A stretch of 64,000 nucleotides of DNA from Candidatus Hydrogenedentota bacterium. GTDB taxonomy: Bacteria > Hydrogenedentota > Hydrogenedentia > Hydrogenedentales > SLHB01. The stretch spans positions 7,622 to 71,621 of the forward strand of contig JAKPDK010000167.1 in NCBI GenBank assembly GCA_029552745.1. Reading direction: 5' to 3'. The position numbers were made by a program, and so were the translations under genes. The notes below the pieces were generated by a model. It did not search any database and was not told the origin of the DNA. It worked only from the letters and a program-made list of their open reading frames with translations. This document shows, piece by piece, positions 58,032 to 64,000 of this stretch; positions within the stretch are counted from its first letter, which is position 1, and each line of letters opens with the position of its first letter.

Positions 58032-59090
58032 TTATTTGCGGACCGATGCCACCTCCACCATTTTGCCAGTACGTGCGGACTTGTATATCGCGCACGCGGT
58101 ATCCACGCTCTTACGAGCCTCTGCGATCGGAATAGCCGGTTCCCGATTGAGACGAATGGCTTTCACCATATCCTCTACGATGAGCATGTGCCCATCGGCC
58201 GAGACTGCCATGGGATCTTTGCTGGCGGCATCACTCATGGGTTTACCGCTGAAAAGTTCCATCATGCGTTTGCGGTCTTTGTCGGGTCCCATTTCGTAGA
58301 ACTCCAAGGTACCGCCGTGGCGCGAAAAACTACCTTTCGACCCGTACATGTAGATGCGTTGCGCGCCTTCCGGAATCGCGCAGGTAGTCGTAAATAAGGT
58401 TCCCAATGCGCCGTTTTCGAATTCTAGCACGGCAACCACTTGATCTTCGGCTTCAATTTTGTGGTTGAAAACGCCATAAAAACCCGCCACGCGTTTCACG
58501 GGACCCGCCAGGAAAATCGCCAGGTCGAGCGTGTGAATGCCTTGATTCATCAGACTCCCACCGCCGTCGAGTTTCCACGTGCCACGCCACGTGCCAAATT
58601 TTCCCGAGTAGTACGAATCCGCACGATACCACGGCAAATGGGCATGTACGCCGATGATCTTACCCATATGCCCTTTGCTGATGGCTTGGCGGATGAACTT
58701 GTTACAATTGTCCATGCGATATTGAAAGATGCACCCACACTTTACACCGGTTTCTTTAACCACCTTTTCCAATTCCGTGATTTTTTTCGGGGTAATATCA
58801 ACCGGCTTCTCCACAATAATGTGTTTGCCGGCGCGCGCAGCTTGTATGCCCATTGCCGCATGTTTTCCACTTTCAGTGGCAATATTTACCACGTCTATCT
58901 CCGGGTCCTTCAGCATCTCCGCGTAGCTCAAATATCCCTTGCAATTAAACTCTTTTACCCGCTGCTCCAGACGTTCTTTATCGTGGTCACAGACAGCAAC
59001 CAGCCGTGCCCCTTTTGCTTTGATGATGGCTTTGCAGTGATGCCCGCCCATACCCAGTCCAACAACGCCAAAACCTAATTCCTTCGCCAT
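58032..59090 (-). CDS. Gfo/Idh/MocA-family NAD(P)-dependent oxidoreductase
   Basis: N-terminal Rossmann 'FGVVGLGMGGHHCKAI...LVAVCDHD' and the EKP motif 'IIVEKPV'. Confidence 0.75.
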   Translation of the reverse strand: MAKELGFGVVGLGMGGHHCKAIIKAKGARLVAVCDHDKERLEQRVKEFNCKGYLSYAEMLKDPEIDVVNIATESGKHAAMGIQAARAGKHIIVEKPVDITPKKITELEKVVKETGVKCGCIFQYRMDNCNKFIRQAISKGHMGKIIGVHAHLPWYRADSYYSGKFGTWRGTWKLDGGGSLMNQGIHTLDLAIFLAGPVKRVAGFYGVFNHKIEAEDQVVAVLEFENGALGTLFTTTCAIPEGAQRIYMYGSKGSFSRHGGTLEFYEMGPDKDRKRMMELFSGKPMSDAASKDPMAVSADGHMLIVEDMVKAIRLNREPAIPIAEARKSVDTACAIYKSARTGKMVEVASVRK

Positions 59091-59273
59091 GGTCGTATGT
59101 TCTCCTTTTCGATTTACGTAAATAACTTAAACCTCACCCCAGAATCCTTACAACAATAAGAAAAACCATACGAGATCGTCAAGAACAAAATGTCGTACCC
59201 CCTCGCATGAGACGCGACATGCGGCATGATGTCAAACGACGAGAACCAACTCCGATGTGCCGTCTGTTGCCCT

Positions 59274-61193
59274 CTAGGGTTTGGGTTCTGGAAGACCCGC
59301 GTTGTGAAATCCTATCGGCAAAAGAAAAACCCGCTTGTCTGAGGAAGAAGATGACTTGTCTTCTCCGATGAGGACGAGATGAAACGTGGCATCCTGCGGA
59401 CGACTGTGTCCTTCGAGTCGAATCAACACCTGATTCCAACGCTCGTTAAAGTCCACATCCGCCCAACCGGCGTGTTTTGGCAGCAAATGCGTATTGCAGT
59501 TCTGCAAATGCCAAGACGGCATAATGCCCGGCAACCAGTGACGTTTATCGATGACCTTCTTTTTATTAACGTACACGCGGATGGGACCTGTGTTGTTCGC
59601 AATCACCCGCATTCGGGCGCAGTGTGGCGCGTAGAAGTAGGTCTGCAGATAGCGTGCCTTGCCCGCTTGTGGGATGAAGGGTTTCAGGTCGTCTCCCGTA
59701 TGCGAAACTATTTGGTACGATTTGTTCCCGTCGAGAACTGCCCGAGTGTCCATTTCGCGGTCTTCTGTACTGTCAATCGGCACGGGCTCTTCGAGTTGCC
59801 AAAGAGACGCGCGAACCACGGAAAAAGACGTGGTGAAAGAATCTCGGGTTGTCTGGAACCGCAAGGTAATGGTTCCGCTAGGTTGCATCGCGGAAGCGCT
59901 CTTTTGTCTTACAGAGACCGGCAAGGTGACCCGTTGTCCTTGCGGACACTCTACAAAAGGACACGATTTTTGGTCGGCATCCCACCCGTCGGGCACGGTT
60001 ATGTCCATCTCCACCCGTTCGGGACGGGCTTCACTTAGTAGACCAACGTTGACGGTCTTGGCGGCATCCGGGGAAACCACGGGGTCCGTTCCGTAATCGA
60101 GACAAACCTGTAACCCGTTGTGGTATGCCAACACAACTTCGGAGGCAGGGGGAAGCGCGGGGCTCTTACACCGCTTCTGCAAGAAGGGAAGGTTTGTCCA
60201 CATACTCAAATGATGGCGAACTTCGTCCGCACGGGCGAGGACTTGCTCGCCCAGGTCACAAACCTGTCGGGTCACTGTTTCGACGTCTGCCGGTATCTCA
60301 ACGTCGACCAGGGCATGGGACACCTTTATCGCCGTGCCAATCGGCGTTTTCCACTTTTCCGGAATGCCCGAGACGCCGCGTTGGATACCCAAGATCGCCC
60401 CTAAGGTAGCACCCGTGCAGTCCGTGTCGTAACCGCAATTGACCGCATTACACAGTGCCTCCGAAAAATCGTCGGAACTCAACCAACCCAACACAATAAA
60501 CGCAACATTGAGAGGGGCAAATGTAAAGTCCGAAGGGTGGGCATATCGGGCACAAAGCAGGTGGCGTATCGTGCGCACCGGCGTCTTTTGTTCTACCTGT
60601 TGCTCCACAAAATCCAACGCATCCGCCAGTACCGAACCCTCCGGCACAAACGAACGCGCAATCGAAAAGACACGGTGAGGGCTGGCTTCCACAAACGCCG
60701 CACTTTCCGCTGCCGCCAGAAACATTTCGCAGTACACCCCTTCTTCGGCGTGGTCCGTAGAGGCATCCAGATAAGCATATGCCGCAGCAATATCGGGTAG
60801 ACCCGGTGCGATCATCCCCCAGATTTCCGACCGAATCGCAGCGCCCATCCCGTGTTGCCACCAATTGTTGTACGAGCCTGTAACAGGCGGCAACAACCCC
60901 AAGGACATGTTCCGTCTGCCGTTGAAGTACTCGGCGATGTTGTACGTGGTGTGGTGCAGCCAGTAGTCAACAAAGTCCTGTGGTTTAAGGAAAATGCCTC
61001 TTTTGCGGAGCATATCGAGCCAAACTAATTGCAACTCAAAATCGTCGTTGGGAATGGGCTCCGTCGGCACGGGGTCATAATAGTAGAGGAACAGAGGACA
61101 GGTCTGCCCTTCGTAAGGTCCCCCCAAGGTGCCACCGACGTTCTTGCCCATCCACCCACCCAAGGTTTTTTCGTAATACTCACCTGGTTTCAT
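59274..61193 (-). CDS. ADP-ribosylglycohydrolase-family protein with ~300-aa C-terminal extension
   Basis: The N-terminal 'TLGGWMGKNVGGTLGGPYEG' and the following ~330 aa fit the ADP-ribosylglycohydrolase (DraG/ARH) pattern. The C-terminal half is a beta-rich unknown domain. No signal peptide. Confidence 0.45.
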   Translation of the reverse strand: MKPGEYYEKTLGGWMGKNVGGTLGGPYEGQTCPLFLYYYDPVPTEPIPNDDFELQLVWLDMLRKRGIFLKPQDFVDYWLHHTTYNIAEYFNGRRNMSLGLLPPVTGSYNNWWQHGMGAAIRSEIWGMIAPGLPDIAAAYAYLDASTDHAEEGVYCEMFLAAAESAAFVEASPHRVFSIARSFVPEGSVLADALDFVEQQVEQKTPVRTIRHLLCARYAHPSDFTFAPLNVAFIVLGWLSSDDFSEALCNAVNCGYDTDCTGATLGAILGIQRGVSGIPEKWKTPIGTAIKVSHALVDVEIPADVETVTRQVCDLGEQVLARADEVRHHLSMWTNLPFLQKRCKSPALPPASEVVLAYHNGLQVCLDYGTDPVVSPDAAKTVNVGLLSEARPERVEMDITVPDGWDADQKSCPFVECPQGQRVTLPVSVRQKSASAMQPSGTITLRFQTTRDSFTTSFSVVRASLWQLEEPVPIDSTEDREMDTRAVLDGNKSYQIVSHTGDDLKPFIPQAGKARYLQTYFYAPHCARMRVIANNTGPIRVYVNKKKVIDKRHWLPGIMPSWHLQNCNTHLLPKHAGWADVDFNERWNQVLIRLEGHSRPQDATFHLVLIGEDKSSSSSDKRVFLLPIGFHNAGLPEPKP

Positions 61194-61211
61194 CGTTCTA
61201 TTTACCTCTTG

Positions 61212-63437
61212 TTACAAGTCCTGTTCCTCGATTATTTCAAACCAGCGGGTCTCGCCCGGCTCTAGACGTACCACCACCTCATGGGCGACGATAGGTATCC
61301 GTGTCCCATCAAGTTCACGCAGGGCTTTGCGGGCGGGAAGGCGCAGCTTGCGCTCACCGCCTTCGCGGGAATGAAGAATCAGTATTCGCCCGTCCTGCCG
61401 CACGATATCGCTGCCCGATGCCCACAAATGAACGTCGGCATCTTTGAATATCCGGCGCAAGACGTCCCGTGTGGGCAGCATGTCACAGAACAACACACTT
61501 TTATGACTACCGTGAAGTGCTCGCGCCGCAGAAATTTTACGGTCGGCACGGTATCGTCCCAAAACTTCCATACCGGACATGGAGTCGTCCGAGATGACCA
61601 AACGTGGGTGGAGTACGCCGCCGTTTGTCCACCCCCACGCGAGTCCCTCGAGGCGTCCTTCCCCGTTACTTCCAGTTACGCCGTCATCCTGCTGCACGGG
61701 GATACCGGTGAGAAGCGCCGTGCGCCGCGCATCAACGCCGGCTGGTCCCAAAAAAGCGGGGGCATATTGCCAAAGAGCGGTCGCTTGCTCGTTATCAAGT
61801 CGTTTCTTCACTAGTTCAAGCGTCGAGTCGTCTGCAAAAAAGAAGTTTGGAAAGACATAAACCTTGGCTGGAGGCACTTTGCCTTCTACGAAATCGCCTA
61901 GATAGTAATAGCCGATACTTGCCCCGGTTTTTTCCAATTGATTGCGCAGCAGAGCCGCACAATTTATGACTACATCATAGTCCGCGCGGACATAATTCCA
62001 CGATTTCTCATCCACCACTACCGCCACTTCCGGACGATACGGTTGTGGATTGTCGTACAAGCGTCGATAGACTGGAAACCCCCGTTTTGCCATGACTTCT
62101 TGCCATAGGGTTGGGTCATCGAAGGCCCCTGCGGCAATCAGGTCCATCCACCACGTGCCACCACGGTGCACATAGGCGTAGCCGAGATTTCGCGAAAGCA
62201 GGTTTTGGGTCTCGAAAAGGGAGCTCGTAGGTTTACCGAACGCTTCGAAAGAAAGCCATTGAGGTAACTCGTCCTTACTGATCAGATGGGTACGCATGTC
62301 GTCTTCGTTCAGCCAAATCTTTCCATGAAGCGCAACAGAATCCACCGCGCCCATCGCTGCCGCCGCCCCGCCTGTAAGACGTTCTTCCATCGAAATATAC
62401 GAAATCGGAGCAACAAGGATATCCACATCCGGCGAAGCTAAGACGCGTTCCGCGGCATTGTGTCCGCTGATACTGCCCACCAACTCAAACGTATAGCCGT
62501 AAAAAAAGACGGAAAGTTTTCTGCCGTGTGTCTCTTCCTTGATCGCGCGCGCTGCCTCCAAAATGCGGTCTGCTGTCTTGTCGGAAACATACGCGCTGTA
62601 ATCAATCCAGTCTTGTTCTTCGGGTATCTTATAAAACACCCGCACCGGTTTCGGCTCCCACTGCATACGAATCGGAAAACGGTCGGGATCAAACGCGGGT
62701 ACCTGCGCCTTGTCAAGGGTGACTTGGCGTCCCCAGGCGCGGGAAAGCGCCTCGTCGGTGCCGTAGCGCTGCTGGAGCCAACTTCGAAACGCCCGTTGAT
62801 TTGCTTCGCTGTAGTCAGGACCTACTTGCCGGTAATGACCCTGGAACCACTCCATGTCGGAAAGACCGCCGATATGGTATCCAAGAAATCGGTTCGCAAA
62901 CGGGCTTTGTTCATAGTGTCGAAGAAATCGCCGCAGATTGCGAATAAAATGCCCCCAGTACAAGTCAGACCCGATGGAAGGCAGGCCCAACTCCCCCGCG
63001 TGCGACGTATACCGTTCCGAATCCGGCATATGAGCACCCCCAGGCCAGTTCCAGGGAGGTTGCGAACGCAGCCGCGGAATAAAACACGCATCCGGGTCCC
63101 GCTCCAGAAACCGTTTCAAAATCCCGTCCGTCCATTCAAAACCTTCCGCTCCAGGGATTTTGTCTTCCCAGTCCCAGTGCCAACCGTCGAACGGCATGGA
63201 AAAAATATGGAGTCCTGCCTTTGCGGCCGCCTCCACCTGAGGCGCGAGGTTTTCTTGTCCGGAGCCGGTTTCGGTGTTGAAAAAGAAGACCAATGGGGAC
63301 GTGGGCGTTCCGTCAACCAGCAAAACAGGCATACCGTTCCGTTGGGTGATTTTGGCTTCGAATTCGTTTCCCGCACTAGTACTGGCATAAGACCATGCCA
63401 GACAACCCAGCACCAGACTGAAGGAAAAACTGTTCAT
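61212..63437 (-). CDS. secreted glycoside hydrolase-like protein (GH42-like beta-galactosidase family?)
   Basis: Start moved to 'MNSFSFSLVLGCLAWSYASTSA', a signal peptide. 'AFRSWLQQRYGTDEALSRAWG' resembles the GH42 family motif. The function is weakly supported. Confidence 0.4.
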   Translation of the reverse strand: MNSFSFSLVLGCLAWSYASTSAGNEFEAKITQRNGMPVLLVDGTPTSPLVFFFNTETGSGQENLAPQVEAAAKAGLHIFSMPFDGWHWDWEDKIPGAEGFEWTDGILKRFLERDPDACFIPRLRSQPPWNWPGGAHMPDSERYTSHAGELGLPSIGSDLYWGHFIRNLRRFLRHYEQSPFANRFLGYHIGGLSDMEWFQGHYRQVGPDYSEANQRAFRSWLQQRYGTDEALSRAWGRQVTLDKAQVPAFDPDRFPIRMQWEPKPVRVFYKIPEEQDWIDYSAYVSDKTADRILEAARAIKEETHGRKLSVFFYGYTFELVGSISGHNAAERVLASPDVDILVAPISYISMEERLTGGAAAAMGAVDSVALHGKIWLNEDDMRTHLISKDELPQWLSFEAFGKPTSSLFETQNLLSRNLGYAYVHRGGTWWMDLIAAGAFDDPTLWQEVMAKRGFPVYRRLYDNPQPYRPEVAVVVDEKSWNYVRADYDVVINCAALLRNQLEKTGASIGYYYLGDFVEGKVPPAKVYVFPNFFFADDSTLELVKKRLDNEQATALWQYAPAFLGPAGVDARRTALLTGIPVQQDDGVTGSNGEGRLEGLAWGWTNGGVLHPRLVISDDSMSGMEVLGRYRADRKISAARALHGSHKSVLFCDMLPTRDVLRRIFKDADVHLWASGSDIVRQDGRILILHSREGGERKLRLPARKALRELDGTRIPIVAHEVVVRLEPGETRWFEIIEEQDL

Positions 63438-63531
63438 AAGGAAGCACACCCCTTGTTTTTTAGAAAAAGGGCACCAGCGGCCCATTATAAGCCACTGGTG
63501 CCTCACACAAGAACCACCCAATCCTGTCAGA

Positions 63532-64000
63532 TCATCCGTAGCCGCCGAACAAGTACATCCACCAACCGAGCGCTTGTCCTGCTATGCCGCCAATCGAGGT
63601 TGCCACAGGAGGTTTCTGATTGTACTTCACAAACTCGACATGGCCATCCATGTACAAGACATTAGCACCACCGGGCACATGATTGTAGAGCCCAACCCCG
63701 GAGGGGAAATTGCTAACGATCCAGGTAGGCATGAGCGCTGCCGCACCAGCGCTGTTCATCCAGGCATCAAACATAACAAAGATAGTGCTTTGCGCAGCGT
63801 TTGCGCCAGCCGGATTGTTGATGTCTGTAATGAAAAAGCGCTCAATACCCTCTTTCAGACGTCTGTACGACTTGGGCAGCGGCTTACCATCGTCGTCCAG
63901 CACACCACTATTAGGCCCAAGCCCGAATGCCGTGACAGCGCTTTCAGGGACGTCCTGATTGTTGAGTATGGAATTCTTCCACACACCGAATTTGCATCCC
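63532..64000 (-). CDS. prepilin-type/DUF1559 (H-X9-DG) protein, 3' portion (N-terminus beyond window end)
   Basis: C-terminal '[14 protein letters not shown]' H-X9-DG motif. The frame stays open to the window edge. It is a paralog of 21580-22548. Confidence 0.55.
   Translation of the reverse strand, partial: GCKFGVWKNSILNNQDVPESAVTAFGLGPNSGVLDDDGKPLPKSYRRLKEGIERFFITDINNPAGANAAQSTIFVMFDAWMNSAGAAALMPTWIVSNFPSGVGLYNHVPGGANVLYMDGHVEFVKYNQKPPVATSIGGIAGQALGWWMYLFGGYG

Overview
High-GC bacterial chromosomal window (about 55-60% GC by eye), densely coding on both strands. The lineage is probably PVC superphylum or Armatimonadota-like: there are two prepilin-type N-terminal/DUF1559 (H-X9-DG) proteins, a complete V/A-type ATPase operon, and surface proteins with exosortase-style C-terminal tails. 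No rRNA gene, convincing tRNA gene or CRISPR array was found by eye.

Housekeeping genes:
- a hisI-trpE-trpG operon
- an NADPH:ferredoxin (adrenodoxin-type) reductase translationally coupled to a membrane-anchored sulfatase-like enzyme
- a nine-gene V/A-ATPase operon (G-I-K-E-C-F-A-B-D) that ends, with an overlapping start, in a PTS EIIA(Ntr)-like gene
- tadA, panE, and cysQ/IMPase-like genes

Accessory content:
- several glycoside-hydrolase, sugar-transferase and methyltransferase genes (BNR sialidase-like, DUF4038/GH140-like, GH36-like, GH42-like, WbaP-like, GT4, YfhO)
- two giant secreted repeat proteins: a 1267-aa IPT/TIG protein with a 'CFIATAAYG' C-terminal anchor domain, and a 908-aa beta-propeller-repeat protein with a VPLPA/PEP-CTERM-like tail
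- an MNT/HepT toxin-antitoxin pair bracketed by imperfect direct repeats
- a composite palindromic MITE-like repeat family (core GTTGTCATTGCGAGGAG...GGCAATCCCCTC) at seven intergenic loci, including a roughly 1.3-kb tandem array

The most interesting locus is an isolated, partly AT-rich two-gene cassette at 40.0-42.3 kb. It encodes a Csm6/Csx1-like CARF-HEPN protein and a Cas6-like RAMP endoribonuclease, translationally coupled. It sits just downstream of a MITE copy and between housekeeping genes, with no CRISPR array or effector genes in the window. It is an orphan type-III-like signalling/RNase module, or possibly a stand-alone system.
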